64,000 bases of DNA from Paraspadella gotoi (lineage: Eukaryota > Animalia > Chaetognatha), in the NCBI GenBank assembly GCA_051294375.1, contig JBJCIZ010000239.1, positions 7,200,180 through 7,264,179 on the forward strand, in the 5' to 3' direction. The position numbers were made by a program, and so were the translations under genes. This document shows positions 13,201-27,571 of the stretch, piece by piece. The notes beneath the pieces were generated by a model, which was not told the DNA's origin, did not search any database, and worked only from the letters and a program-made list of their open reading frames with translations. Every line of letters begins with the position of its first letter. Within the stretch, counting starts at the first letter, position 1.

Positions 13201-16200
13201 TTCCAAACCCCCTCCCGCTCCCGTGTCAGTGGTTAACTCCCTTATAGCCTCCCGGATTCGCCTCGTCTGTTTTCTGGTCGAGGGGCACACAGTGCCGGCC
13301 CCCTCCTATATACTGAGTTACATACTTTTACCATGTGAACGAGAATTGTACTATCACTACTAATAATTACTCGTCTCCTCTATTGATCATGTCACAGCCC
13401 AAGTGAGGTGTCGCCAAATAACATATTCTAAGACCTCGTACCAATGAACAGGATGAAATTTGCATACCGCGGAAAATCTAGAGTCTTTATGCGATCGTCA
13501 TAGGTGAGATATAGTGCAAGTAACATCGAAAAAACAACATAAATACAAAGACTTCTTCTTTCCCTATTTGTCTTTTCTTATATTATAAATGAATTAATAC
13601 CATCTGTCATTTATTATGTATATGCAATATATAATTCATAAATAATTAATATGAATAACAATCTCAATTAATCTTAATAATAACTAATCAATCCATTAAA
13701 TCACTTTAATAATTATTATATACCTAAACTGAAAATTCAAATTAATTCAACATATTAAATCTGCCAAATAACACCTTTTATACTCTCAAAATAACACATA
13801 CTAATAATATTCTAATTATATCATAAAGTATAAAAAACTTATAATATAAATATACTCCCAATCAATTAATTCCAATTATAACTCTTAAAAACACCTCAAA
13901 TACGATCTCAGGTGTTATATCACTTCACAAATCTGTCGTCAGGTTGACTTTCGTATCTCCCTTGCTGCGTCAGTGAACCTGACTCATAAAAACGCGAACC
14001 TAGATAATCTACAGGGCCTGATATGAATTTCTTAATTTGGATCAATCAATCATTCAATTTAAACATTGACGTTGGTTCTATCCTCGTTTCATCATATATC
14101 ATCATCTTGTTCGTCATCTCATAGGAAATGGATAAAAAAAACCAAACCCAAGGACCCTCCTAACCTCAATCTCTCCAGGACCAGACACTCCCAGGTGTAT
14201 AATAATCATATTCCTCAATCAATTACCTAAACAAATCAACCTCAAAATCCCATAAACCAAAATAAAGGCAACTCCTCACCCATCCTCCTACAAGTCCTTA
14301 GACCAAATTAAGGTATAATTTTTTAATTCCTGAATGTTAAAAGTGGAAAATGTGGCGTTACCCTGTTCTGGTGTATGAGTGTGTCGTATTGCGGCAACCA
14401 AAGCCATAATGGCCTAATTATATAATAGAATATATTTTTCAAACGTTAACTAAAGCTCGCCTACAAACTGACACAACTCAAAGATGGAAAACCGACAATA
14501 ATAAAGTAAACCAAACCACCAAAAATCAAAAACTATCAGAGCTAACAAATGGGCAGATTTCGCTAAATTAGCAGCCACTCAGAAATATTATGAATCTCCT
14601 CAAACTACACCGTACAGAACTTAATAAATATTTAAATTACCCAAAGATATATATAACGTGCTAGGATTAACCCTATAAAATTCAACTCCTAGGAATCTAA
14701 ACCCCAATTGCTTTAACTCTTACATCTGCATTCACCCAACTACCAACACCCAGACCAACATAAAACTCGCGCGCCATACGACTCCTAACCCAGCCTCTGA
14801 TCCCTAACCTTTCTAATACTGTACATCATTTTAAAGCTTACCAAAAAGATAATAATGTAATAGATATATGATAATATGAATTTAAGCTTAAGATAAGGAT
14901 GGGGGAAATATATCTACTGAGTCTACTTCTTCTCCTCTCAGCTCTCTCTCTCCCTCCCTAACTTACACCGACTGCTGTGCCTTACGGCGTAATTATATAG
15001 TGACTCGACTCGTAGAAATCGCTCTGTTATACGCGCAGAAGGATATGTGAATTGAGCACGCATCTTCACGTCACAAGCTCTATCCTACCATACACTACAA
15101 TACACACTATTGCGTGTTACGTCCGTGCCTCCTCCTTCCTTTTTCTCTTCCTCCTTCTTCCTCCTCCTTCATTTTCTTCCTCTCTCCTCGCCCTCTGCCT
15201 AAACGCTGTATAATTAGTAATTTAACCATACTTGCGGGAACCATCACCATAATTGCCCTTCCTCCGGCAATCATACGTCTCTCTGTCCTGCCTTACTGAC
15301 ACATACACTCTGCTTGCCATGTCATCCACTTCCTCTACACGCTCCGAATATGAATACTACCAAATACAATCACTACTCCCTCTTTTTCCTCTTTAAGGGA
15401 ACCTTATATCCGTCTCTCCTGTCCTACTCGTCCTCCTTCCGTGCCTCCTCCTCCCATACTATAGCGTTGTCCTCTTCCCTAACTTTATCCTCTGCCCAAC
15501 GTGTAAGTCCTAACATTGGTATACTATTAAGATAATGATATACTATATAGACTCATTACATATAGAAATATATGAATTGAAATATAGAATAAAATAATAA
15601 TGATAAGAATATTAAATATTAATGATATTAACTCGATTATACATTTTGGAAATATTAACAGTAATATCAGTTTGGATTGAGTTGTTTATGGGTGATGACA
15701 GAATATTATTATTTAGTATCTGATATTGACTCCAAGCGATAAACATTCATGAGTAATAGTTTTTAATTACTCTTTTTCGGGGTGGAATCTCGCCGACCGG
15801 GGTGCGTAACTAATGAACAAGCCTTGAGAAGACAATATTGCTACAAAAGACACTAACCCAGGATATTCAGGTAATCACATTAAAAAACATTTATAAGAAA
15901 AAAATAAATGTGAGTGTCGATTAAATGATACGAGTACATTCCAAAGCATTAAATATAGTATAGTAATAGATACGAAACTGAAGTAAAGAATTATAATCTA
16001 CTTCTATAGCTGAGTAAAGTAAAAAAGTGAAAGGATAAAAAGAAAAATTAACAAGAAAGGGAAGAGAGAACTGGAAAGAACAGAAATAAGAAAAATAAAA
16101 TAGAGTTATACGAGAGAAAAAAGTGGACTAGCAAAGAAGGAGAGGATAAAAAGTGATGTAGACGACAGGAAATATAGGCAAGAGTACAGCGAAGCAAACG

Positions 16201-19200
16201 ATGAAGACTGAAAGAAAGAGAAACAATAAGGTATAGACCAATACGACACAGAAGAGACAAAGAATTACCACTAGACTAATAAGCAAAACCAAAAACATCA
16301 AGAAAAAAACGAGCAATCATCTGTAATTATAATCCTAACTAACATATGAGAATGATAACTGAGCGACTGAATCTAGTACAAACAAGACTATATTCGAGAG
16401 AATCAACTTTACGATCAAATCATTAAGACAAGCTCATTGATTCTTACAACCAATAATTACACAACAGCCAACAGACTGAAGGCTCCCTGCTCCGACCACT
16501 TAGCTCTCGTCGCGTTCGTCACTTAGCTCATAACCGTCTCTACACTCTCTCTATACGCTACTACCATCGTCTCTCTCATCAATCTCGTCTCTGCTCTCAT
16601 AATAACATCTCTCTTCTTCTCTCTCATAACTCCTTTCTCTCATCCTCCTCTCTCTCTTCTCACTTTACTCATCTGTTATCAATTCTTACAATCAAGTTGA
16701 AGCAAAAATATCTACTAAATGAAATTGCATATCAACACTTTAGCGTACAACTTCCGGTTGTAAGACCAAATATATCTTTTTATAAACTTAAATTTTGAGT
16801 AAATTTAGTTTTTTTGGGTTCTGTCTAATTATCTTCGTTTTCGTGTCGTTTGTGTATTAAAAATATTAAAAAGACACCTCAGCCTTCGGATCGAGGGCCG
16901 ACCAGAACTTACACGCTACAGACTCTTACTCCACATTGAATTCCGAAAGCGAGCAGCATGAGACGGGGAGGAATAAAAAAAAGACCATACGATCGAGAAG
17001 GGGAGTAGAAGGGGGGATCAACTGGGAAACATGAAGGAATGGGGTAAAAAGAAAGAGTACCCAAGATCGATTTAAAATATTGACTCGGTTCGAAACCTTT
17101 AATAAATAATAATAGCTCTATATACATGCAGTATATACACTGAAATATCTTGCAAGAAGCAGAGAATACGGTTAAATCGAATACATACATTTACAAAAAA
17201 GAGCTAATATTACAAAGTACGCATAGTATAGAAATTTACAGTCAACATAATTTATTAACATAATATATATACTCTAAATCTATCAAAGCCTAAAATACTA
17301 AATACCGAATTTTAGGTATAGAGAACTGGGGGTTATTGGATAATAAGATCCAGGATGTCTTCATGTGCAACAGAATACAATTTCATGTTATCTCCAAAGA
17401 TACGATCACACATGGAGTAAAATAATTGTATAAGTCAAGCTGTAAGAACAGCCGTCATTACTACCGACCACCCGGTACACCGATAATGACCACCAACTCA
17501 TACATACTAATAGTGACAATACTAGTAAAAGCGGCTGTTCAACGGAACAGAGACTCACTTATTACATGAAATCATTGTCCTGAAGAATTCGATTATAAAT
17601 GACAGAACTTGAAGTAACTTTCTCATTCTTCTATCACAAACTGCTACTTATAAGCTCCATTACATATTTCTAACAATAATACAGACTAAACAAATTAGGT
17701 AACTCTATCTCTAATTTGGTACTTATTAAGAATTATCTTTCCTGAACGCTAAATTTCGCCTTCAGTACTATTCTCTACACCGAATTCCTCTATCCCGTCT
17801 TCCTCCCAACTAACATCCTTAACCCGCATATCGCTGTCTCAACCTTAGCTGGGCGTTATGGGCCGTACAATCCATGACATGTTACGCGCATCCTTCGTGT
17901 TGCCCTCAATTCTGGCGATTCTAATCCCTAGCTTTATTCCTCCTTCTCACTTCACGTCAACTATAGCCCAATTTTCCAATGCTTGCCTCGAACTTTCCAA
18001 ATAGATGATTTGTCAGTCCATTGCAGGAGAAAAAAACGACCGTTACCGCAGAGCTAGTCTCGGCAATGCTGCCCAGTCTCTCACTGGAGTAAAGGTACTG
18101 TAATTTAAATTTATCTCCGTCTCTCACTATCAGATGTCCAACTCTTACTACGCTCTCTCCTCACTGTCTCCCCTCTCTCATACATCTCCTCTGCTCTCTC
18201 TTTACATCCTCTCTCATCTCTCCAGTTCCTACTTCCATCAAGTATTTCTTCTCCTTAAAGGAGATCCAATGCCTCCATGAAATATAGAAAGAAAAGGACA
18301 TCGCGACACCCACGATCAATATATGGAGAAACGAGAGACGAGAGAGAGAGAAGAGAGGGAGAGAGAGGATGAGTAGAGAGAGACGGAGACGAGTAAGAGA
18401 CGGAGAGAAGGAGACGTCATAGATGAGGTCGTCCATGCAGTGCGAGTAAAGCTGGTAATAACAGTCAAGATCGGCATCAGGCTTAACTTAAAATATTCTC
18501 CACACGGACTTCAATCAAATTACTGTCGATCGGGACGCAGGTAACAAGGCCAAAGAATTCGGGCTCTTCCTGAGTCGGACTTAGATGGGTGAAAGGCCAA
18601 GATTTGCCCATTCTCAGTGCGAAGAAGGCAAGTACTGGCTCATTTATCCGGTAGACGTTAAAAGCCAAGTACATGTGGTGTTAGTTCAGTACCGGATGAA
18701 AGCCAGAGACTTGGCTGTGGCATCGTGTAAGGAAACGGAGAATGCACCGGAACGAACGAGTCCATATGACTTGAGTGCGTGTTCTGGAAAATAGGTCCTA
18801 GGATGATGTTCTTGGACACATAGTCTTTTGGTGACTTAGTCGAGCTATGTGCAGGCATATAATTATCAAGGGAGGATGAATACATTTCTGGCGATTAGTG
18901 TATTGCTGAATGCATCCGACGTAGAGTCAATCAAAACAAGGGCTGTGAGCCCTACTTCATTAGTTAAATATACCTATTCTCCAAAAATACGAACATATAC
19001 GAATTAAGAGGGACGCGATATTATTTTATTTAATAATCATTAATCATTCGTATCTAAATGACATGATATTTAATGTTGCATCACACTGTTTCTACTGTAA
19101 TACTCACACTTATTCATTATTGTCTCACCTGTCGTAGAAATCCCAGGAATCTGCATTTCTGGCCTCGGAACGGAGACTTGAATATCGTGCGTCATATAGA

Positions 19201-19259
19201 AGAGTCTCATCTCATTCATACTCCTCCTCTCTCTGCTCTCTCTGCTCTCTCTCCTCTCT

Positions 19260-19293
<34 letters not shown>

Positions 19294-21949
19294 CTCTCTA
19301 TAACGGTCGGCGAAAAAACAGAAGGCCGAAGTTGGGGACGCACAACCTCCGCCAAAACTACCCACGCTGTTGGCTACTGACCAGCAAAAGCAAACTCGAT
19401 ATAATATTCTAGTCATGGTATGACGAAAGAACATAAAGTTCTTTCTTTTACCGGATAATGACGCGGACGACGAGCGACGACGACCGTCGACGGCAGCGAC
19501 GGGAACGACTGAAATAACAGAATCCTACACCATAAACAAACAAAAACTCAAATTATACCTGCGACATAATAAGCCGATTGAAAATGGACCGGGCAGAGTG
19601 ACCTCTGCGAACGACTTCAGCCGACGCCGGTACGAATTAAACAATCTGACATGGACTGACATAAGTAACGAGGACTGACTACGAACGACGACGACGACGA
19701 CGTGACGGAGCGGACGAAAATAATACTAAGTAAACTAATAAACACAGAGCAGTATAAAGAGCACAAAAGTACAAAAAAACGAACTATAAGCTGACGTGTA
19801 ATAAGAATACACGCAATGTGGAATAATGACGAGTCGGGCGACCGACGAGCCGGACGACGACGACTCGACTCGACGACGACGACGACTTAAATAAATGGAT
19901 ATGAGACACTTTTGTCTCGGTCAGTGCGGTCTTGTCTTTCCTTGTGTGTCTTTTTTGTTATTTTGTGAGTCTGATCTGTCTGTCCCACTTACCTTCATCA
20001 TCATAAATTCTTCAATATCATCATCATTTATCATCATCTCTATTCTCGTCATCATCTTTTCTTCATCTCACATCATTTGTCGTCTGGCCGAAGGTGAAGA
20101 GACGAAAAAGTAAACGTTACCGGAAAAAAAGCAAGAGATGCCGGAATTCGGTGGTAAGTGGTGCTTTGGCGCGAAAAAAAATTGGGCTTGAGGAGATTTT
20201 TAAAAACTTTTGTTATTTGTTTAATAGAATATAAAATACATAATAAATTTCCCTGAAAATTGATAAAATGAGTAGAGATAGAAGAGAGACTTTACGGTTC
20301 GAATCCTTTATGTTGTTGATAACAAATAATAATTAGAATACTCAGTAAGAGCCAAAAAAAAAATGTAAATAGACTAGTATTTCTCACGATTATTTGAACG
20401 GCTTAGAAGAAAAAGATAGGAATAAATATATAGTTAAGAAGAAATAAAGAAATATAATATAAATAATAAAAAATAATATTAGTGAATAAAGAATAAAAAA
20501 AAGAATGGAAAAAGAAATTTAAAAAAAAAACAGAGAATGTAATAAATAATACAAATAAATTAAATAAAACAAGAAGAAAATAAAAGACAATTCAGGTCAG
20601 TGAACAATAACAAAAAACTAAGGCAGAAAGAGATAGAGTACGAGAGACAGCAAGAGCACGGCAGGGGCGTCACCAAAGATACAAAAAATATAATAAGAAG
20701 CCAGCCGGAGCAGGAAGCCACTGACGACAAAGGTGAGACCCCCACTGGCCGGCAGGAAGAACAATACCGACGGAAAAAACGGTGCAACCAGTCGGTGTGG
20801 ATGAACAACATCCGCAGTACGGCCCTCCCGCCGCATGCACCAAAGGCACAAAACACAGGGCTAGCCGCAAGCCGAAATAATAAGACATAAATAATGTCGT
20901 GCACGGGACGCCGTGACGGGCGATGCGCCCGGCCCCATAAATATAAAGACGTAGGTCGTACGCCAAGGGTCGCCCCGTGGGTGAAAGAACGAGCACTCCC
21001 TTGAACAAAGGGGCGGCGCGGCCGCCCACGCTATCACGCCGGCCGCCCATCGAGAAGAGACAGCCGCTCACACGTGTAAGCGACCACAAAGCGGCCGCGC
21101 CCGAAAGATTAAAATATATAAAGAGAATATATTTAAACGCCAGAAAATAACAAGCCCTACCCCAAATAAATACATATAAATAATAAAAATAATAACAATT
21201 ATAATAATTAAGAGAACATAAATCGACTGATCAGCCACCGTACGACAGATATAGATATAACAAAAAAAGAACACTGCAACATATAAAGGATAGAAGAATA
21301 ATAATACGCCACCGAGCGCCGGGGGATAAAACATATAAATAAGAATAATACATATTACAACTGCAAAAGCAATATCAACAGGCTGCCGGCCAAGAATCCA
21401 AGTCCGCACCAGATTCCGCAAAATAAAGAATTAAAAGAAACTATAACGAAAATTTTAAAATTAAAAAAAATTTAAGAAAAATCGGGTAGAAACTAGAGTT
21501 AGGCAAACAAATTCAATACATTGGCATCATTCCTTAATGTATTTCTTGGATAATAGCATGTGTTCAGGGTACTGTCGGCTATATCTTCACTTTGTAGCTA
21601 TTTCTCGGATGAATATTCTTCCAAGGCTCATTCTCTACTAGTGAACCATTATGCAAGATAGAATCTTTTTTAAAGGAATCATTTTAAATCCGAGTAAGTA
21701 CTATAACTGAATACAAATTCTTGTCGCACAACCGATGGACGTACCACAGTAAAGTAACACACAAGTAATACTAAAAACTTAAATATAAGAGAAAAATCAG
21801 TAAGAACCGCTTTTTACTGTAAAACATTCCGTACAACATTGTTACTATGAAGCAACAAAAAATTAAATTTACTTGTGGAATGTTTTTTGTAATAGACGGA
21901 AATTAAAAAAACCCCGGGGTTATTAAAAAGATATATTTTTTTTCCCCAT
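1272..21949. other. Low-quality, apparently unpolished long-read sequence; no reliable genes
   Basis: Alternating polypurine/polypyrimidine smears, broken (GA)n/(CT)n/(GAC)n tracts, only short low-complexity ORFs; ends at N gap 21950-21974. Confidence 0.7.
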
Positions 21950-22603
21950 NNNNNNNNNNNNNNNNNNNNNNNNNTTCCAATAAAAACCAAAAAACGAGAA
22001 TTTTTGGATTAATCCTTTTCGGATATTATCAGTTATTTTTTTTGGCAGTATTAATTAAAACCCCCAAAATATTGCTTTTTTATTCGGACGTTTGCCAGCG
22101 ATTTTAGTTATTTTCTATAAACTTTGGGAATAAACATTTGAGAATAAGGAATAGAATATAAGGCCTTATTTTCCCAGAACGCCCTATTTTATCTTAAATT
22201 CGGAATTAGGTTAATTTTTTTAGTTAGATATTAAGTTAGTGGTAAGGGTACGACTCAAAAACTGGCGTGGAAAATCCATCAAGAGCATTCAGGGAATATG
22301 TGATATTCGTTTTCTCCACTAAGAAACTTTGCAGGTATCAGGAACTTTCAAAAATGCATGTTATTTCTGGGAGCTCTAATATGGAATATATATAACAAAC
22401 TAGAAAGAAGCAATGAAGGAGAAATGAAAATTGTAAAACGAAATGTAGAAAATAAAACGTAAAGAGAAGTGAAGACGAAATTTCTCAAAAAACCCACATC
22501 ACTCAAAAAAAGTTAAAAAACTTGTCGCTCGACAATCGATTCCAATTATTCCCTATAAAACACAACAAAACAAAAGAACAGAGAAGGGAGACGGTTCAGC
22601 CCT

Positions 22604-22614
22604 CTTTCTTTCTT

Positions 22615-22708
<94 letters not shown>
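22604..22708. repeat. (TTTC)n microsatellite
   Basis: Near-perfect tetranucleotide array. Confidence 0.95.
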
Positions 22709-22709
<1 letters not shown>

Positions 22710-22797
22710 CTCTAACTCTCTCTCCCTCATAATCCCCAGGGAGATTAACTGACAAAGAGTCCGAACTTTGGGAATTTCGCTTCCAAATGACAAAAAA

Positions 22798-22834
<37 letters not shown>
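22798..22834. repeat. (GAC)n microsatellite
   Basis: Perfect trinucleotide array. Confidence 0.95.
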
Positions 22835-22835
<1 letters not shown>

Positions 22836-22949
22836 AGAATTAATATAAATAACAATAAGTCATAACTTTATTTAGAATCTCAATTCGTAACATCGTGACA
22901 CAAAGACTTTGTAAATCGTATCGTGGGCGACATAATGTAACACTATTTT

Positions 22950-23245
22950 CACAAAGCGCCATATTTTTGTTTCTATTCTCCAAAATTATTTTTTTACCCA
23001 AATATTTAATGCTAATCTCTTACCATTTACTTGACCCTATCTTTAGACTTATTCATTAACCCTAATACCTCACTTTAATCTATTACCTAACCCTAATCAT
23101 AAACATAACCACTGACTTTATCCCTGAATAATCTCTATGTACCATACCAGTAACCTAATGTTTAAGTTTTAAAAAAAAATGAACATAATGAAAACATAAT
23201 GAAATAAATTTGAAAAATGGCGCTTTTGGAAGAGATTAGGATCAA
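22950..23245. mobile_element. Possible Helentron-associated (HINE/DINE-like) or MITE-like short element
   Basis: Inverted repeat AAAGCGCCAT (22953)/ATGGCGCTTT (23217) flanking degenerate TAACCC-like repeats. Confidence 0.35.
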
Positions 23246-23293
23246 CGGCGATTGAATGGAACTTTTTTACCCTTGCCTGTTTCTCTTTCTCTT

Positions 23294-23330
<37 letters not shown>

Positions 23331-23486
23331 TCATTCTTCAAAATTACCTTTAATGTTTATATCAACCCCTGTCAGCCAAAATAAATCTATCCTTCTCCCA
23401 GCGCGGCGCAAGTGTGCCGCCCGTTCATCCGGGCGCCCTTGACAGTTTCTTTTTGCTGCGACCGCATTCTATTTTTAGACTGACTC

Positions 23487-23528
<42 letters not shown>

Positions 23529-24820
23529 CTCCTTTTCTCTCTCTCTTCACACATCCATTCATGTCCTTGCGCCGAATTCAGAGGATTCTCTTTTGGACAA
23601 AAACGCGCATAAACGAATCATGGCTGGGAGAGAAGAGAGAGAGCAGAGAGAAGAGAGAGAGAGAGATGAGATTAGAGAACAGGATGAGAGAGATGCAGAC
23701 CACGAGAAGAGACAGAGATTTCTCGCCAGGAGCGAGAGATATATGATAAACAAAAACTAAAGAGAAACAGTTTCCAAAAACGCTACTTCAGTGTTTTTTT
23801 TAAGTTATCCGGAACAAAAAGAAACGAAAACGAACAAAAACTGAATCGCTCGGTAAGAAGATAACCAATGAAATTACTATTGCAAAAAAATACCAATGAT
23901 TAATCTAACTGTGATATTCTTCGATATTGTATATACAACTAGATTACTGCTTATCGATTATGACAAGTCTTGGCTATTGGCCCATAATAGGAAAAAGTTA
24001 TACCGACATTTTTCCGGTTTAAGAGCAAAGAAAAGGTTAATTTAAGATCAAATTATCGTTAAAATCGACATTTACCGGAGTAGTATGCTATATAGTAAAC
24101 CGTGAAGAGAGAGAGAGAGAGAGATGAGAGAGATGAGAGAAGAGAGAGGAGAGAAGAGATGAGAGAAGAGCAGGCATCGGACTGCTACTCTCTCTCCTGT
24201 TCGCTACATAAAATCAGGGTCTCTCCTCCGACTTATCAACTCCTCATTTGAGCATTTCACACGGTTCTCCCGATGATCGATGCATGATGATGGTATAATA
24301 TACGCCCACCACAGCGTCTGACATGATGCATATCCCTACTTCTTGGCGCATGGCGAAGAGCGACAAGAGGATCATGGAGGATGATCTGGAATACTGAGGA
24401 TGAGCTATGGATGGCTGATAAGTGATGTCGGGAGGAAAAAAACCTCTATTTTTCCCTTAAAACATTCGTCTTAAAAGGATATGTATCCCCTGTACAGATC
24501 GCACGTCAACATACTATTAGCTATTATGCGTAACTATCAATGTTTTATTATCGCTGCAGCACTCGATAAGCATAGTATAATTAAGAGAGAAATTTTGTTT
24601 GTATACATATACACAGTTCATCTGTTCTCATAAAAATCACCAAATTCGTGTACTTGTAAGCAAAACAAATCCCTGAAGCTATTTCAACGCAACGAACGAA
24701 AAGCTCGAATATCACAATCAGTTATAAAAACAGAGCTAATGATTCGAGTATGGCGATAAACGCCAACGTGGAATGAAGTTAGATACACTTGAAGTATCGG
24801 GTCATGTAACAACGCGAACC

Positions 24821-25300
24821 CTATTGAGTCACTTTCTCTTCATCATAAATCTTGATTTTGATGATTTTTGTCGTTGTTTCGCCCCCAAATACATTAAACC
24901 TTTCCATCAAGAAAAACCCTGATGATTCAAATTGAAAAGTTCCTAGGTAGAGAGAATCATTCTTTCGTTTCTGCGTCGAAGATCCAAGTTGCGTGAGTTG
25001 CTCTGTCTTGCTGCCTCCGATGATAATAAAGTGACGCTGAGAGAGATCGCGCGTCAGAGATATCGCTACAGAGGCGACGGTTTTGAGTCGAAGAGAATTT
25101 CGGTCCAACTCGTTCCATTTCGTATCGTAAGCAACGCACAGTGTCATTAAGAGGATAATCACTGACTCCCCCAAAGATGTAAACCTTTTCCTTTAGTTTG
25201 GCGACGCCCATCCTTTCTCTTGGCGTCGGTCGACGTCCTTTGGTTTCGTCGAACCAACGAGAGAAAGTCGGGGAAAATCGTAGCAGTTGGTTTGTGCAAC
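24821..25300 (-). CDS. Kelch-repeat protein (KLHDC1/KLHDC2-like), 3' exon; frameshifts probably read errors; true 3' end uncertain
   Basis: Acceptor ttttttag|GT at 25301/25300; GCTNQLLRFSPTFSRWFDETKGRRPTPRERMGVAKLKEKVYIFGG...HFIIIGG...TWIFDAETKE...VFGG; in phase with exon 35990-36171. Confidence 0.85.
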
Positions 25301-25367
25301 CTAAAAAAATAAATAATAATATTTAAAAAATATCACTCTTTATATTAAATAAAATATTCCTATACAT

Positions 25368-25481
25368 TGAAGAGACAGTGATAATTGTTATGTGTTAGTG
25401 ACAGAACCGTTCAATATAAGCAGTCCCTGAGCTTCGGATCAGGCTGTAACACCGTGTTACAGGCGGGTTAAGCGCCCCGTT
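25368..25481 (-). ncRNA. Twister repeat family 2, left part: 3' portion of a type-P5 twister ribozyme (25419-25481)
   Basis: Minus strand AA-CGG-GGCGCT-TAA-CCC-GC-[P3 CTGTAACAC/GTGTTACAG]-[P4 CCTGA-T-CCG-AA-GC-TCAGG]-G-ACTGCT; completed by AGCAGT-TAA-GAGG at 34607-34619. Confidence 0.75.
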
Positions 25482-26139
25482 TAGAGTTCCGATAACCGTT
25501 AACAGTTTTATAATTAATAATAGTTAATAATTTTAACTTAACCGTTAATATATTTATTTTAACGGTTAAATTCGGTTAAATTTCAAGTATTATTTTTGTT
25601 ATTTTTTGTTAGGAAAACTTTGATTTTTTAAGAGAAAAGTTTTTTTCCTGTCCTCTCTTATTCTCCTTTCCTTTTCCTGTCTCTTCTACATTTTTCCCTT
25701 TTTTTTCCTTTCTTATTTTTAACCCTTTTATTCTTTTTTCTATCCTAATCTCTTATCGTTTTTTCGGCCCTTCCAGTATTTTTTTAATTACTTTCTCCTA
25801 ATTGTTTTCGTTTTTCCTTTCAGCTAATTTTATACATCAAAGAATATTTTGAAATATAATATGCATCTGCATATATTATTTTGCAAATTAAATTCTTACA
25901 TGCAATAATATTCTATTTTGCTAATAAAAAAATTAAATAATCTTTTTAATTTTACTTTTTCTCACTTTTTTTTCCCTTTTTGAAATGAACAAAGAAGTAA
26001 ATAAAATAAAACCGAATTAATTAAAAAAAAACTAAAATTTATTAGAAAACATTATGCGATAATCCTTTCTTTTTCGTTGTTTATAGGTATTAGAGAGAGC
26101 AAAGAATTTTGAATTTTAACAACGATTTTTATTAATAGT

Positions 26140-26181
26140 TGGACATGTTTCGGCTTGCTTACTTCAAGCTTTCATCAGCAT
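26140..26181 (-). ncRNA. Minimal hammerhead ribozyme (Penelope type)
   Basis: CTGATGA-A-AGCTTG-AAGTAAG-CAAGCC-GAAAC-AT-GTC; palindromic ACATGT stem III. Confidence 0.8.
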
Positions 26182-26961
26182 ATGACATTCAATAATAAAT
26201 TTTGTGCAAAAGAAGAGTGTGTGAGAGAGAGAGAGAGAACGACGGCTTCAGGAGGAGGGAGAGGAGTCCGTCACTCCTGTCACAAAAGTGGCAAGAACGG
26301 ACAACCGCCCACCTCGTCAGCAGGCGAGAAGAGGGCAGCCGGCAGGCGTATCAGGCCAAAGAGACATAAGAGTAGCCCTGGGGATCTTTCCGCAAGGATC
26401 GCTTCCCAATCCGGCATTCATCAGTTGGGTCGTACTCTCCTCTCAGCCACTGACATGCCTATGACCCGTCATCATCGTCCTTGTCCTTCATTTGCATAAA
26501 CAAGGGGGCCAGCTCATTTTGAGCTCTTCTTTCCCTTGAATTTCACTTTCTATCTCCTAATTATCAACTTAAACTAAAAAACTACTTTTCTTCATATTTT
26601 ATTTTCACTTAACTTCCTTAGCTAATTACTTATTTATTCACTAGTTAAATGTTAAATTTCACCAATGCGTAGTTTTTTCAAACTTCTTTATCTTTGTTGT
26701 ACATTGCAAAAAAATTATCTTTATTATTTATTTATCTCTGTTTGTTTGTTTCTCTCTCTCTCTCACTCTCTCTCTTCTCTCTTTAACAAGTTTCACTTCT
26801 TTTCACAACTCACTCAATCTGTCTTCACCTTCAACCTGTCCTCACATTGACACTATTCTGTCTCACCACTTTGTTGGAAAAACTTTTACCCTCTCTCTCT
26901 CTCTCTTTCTCTCTCTCTCACCACACTCTTCTTTTTCACCAAAATTATATTATGAATGTCA

Positions 26962-27002
26962 TAGCTGATTAAGGCTTGAAGTAAGCAAGCCGAACATGTC
27001 CA
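26962..27002 (+). ncRNA. Degenerate copy of the same hammerhead
   Basis: CTGATTA-A-GGCTTG-AAGTAAG-CAAGCC-GAAC-ATGTC. Confidence 0.6.
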
Positions 27003-27040
27003 ACTATTAATAAAAATCGTTGTTAAAATTCAAAATTCTT

Positions 27041-27571
27041 TGTAGAGATATGTCCCCCTTTTTCCCCCATTTATTTGTTTGCCTTTGTTATTCACCGTTT
27101 CTGCCGATAGATGTCTTTTTCTCTTTCTTTAGGAGATTCACTCCTCTTTTCCTTTTCTTACCAGATATTCTAGGCCATAGATACTTAGACTTTTCCGCCC
27201 GTCACCAAACTGCCTTTTACGAGGTCTAGACCTTCAGTCACGTCAAGTCACCTTTGATACCGTTCACAGACAGTGATGCAGGCCATAGAGCCCACTGGCG
27301 AGACCACACTTCCAGAGACTGTGTGACGCGTTCGTGGTCAGACTTTCACCCGTCATAGACTTGTGGACGGATCGTGGCCCCACCCTTCGGCCACACTTGG
27401 TGACGAACCTCCCGTTACCCATCCGGCGAGCCGACGTTTCGGGCCGCACGCAACGGCGCGACGCGACCACGCCCTTCGGAGCGTCAGCGGGGACGTGGAG
27501 GACGGCGGTCCTCCGTAACGCCGACGGCGGGAAGCGAGGCGGTACACGAGCACACGGCAAGTGTTCGTACA
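27041..27571 (+). repeat. BEL 5' LTR
   Basis: TG...CA ends; direct repeat of 33121-33690. Confidence 0.92.

Larger units (their letters stand above)
26088..27040. mobile_element. Penelope-like remnant with inverted pseudo-LTR arms (26088-26238 and 26903-27040, continuing at 33696-33709)
   Basis: Arms are reverse complements; each has a minimal hammerhead followed by AATAAA. Confidence 0.65.

Noticed and set aside
18440-18900. Higher-complexity stretch that might be coding
   Set aside because: No recognisable motif in any frame; read quality too low
7013-21421. Many 60-156 aa ORFs rich in F/L/S or K/R/E
   Set aside because: Products of polypyrimidine/polypurine smears in noisy sequence; no domains
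23040-23160. Telomere or chromosome end
   Set aside because: Only a few degenerate interstitial TAACCC units inside a short inverted repeat
26375-26430. CTGATGA...GAAA on the minus strand between the Penelope-like arms
   Set aside because: No stem I and no G-C pair closing stem II
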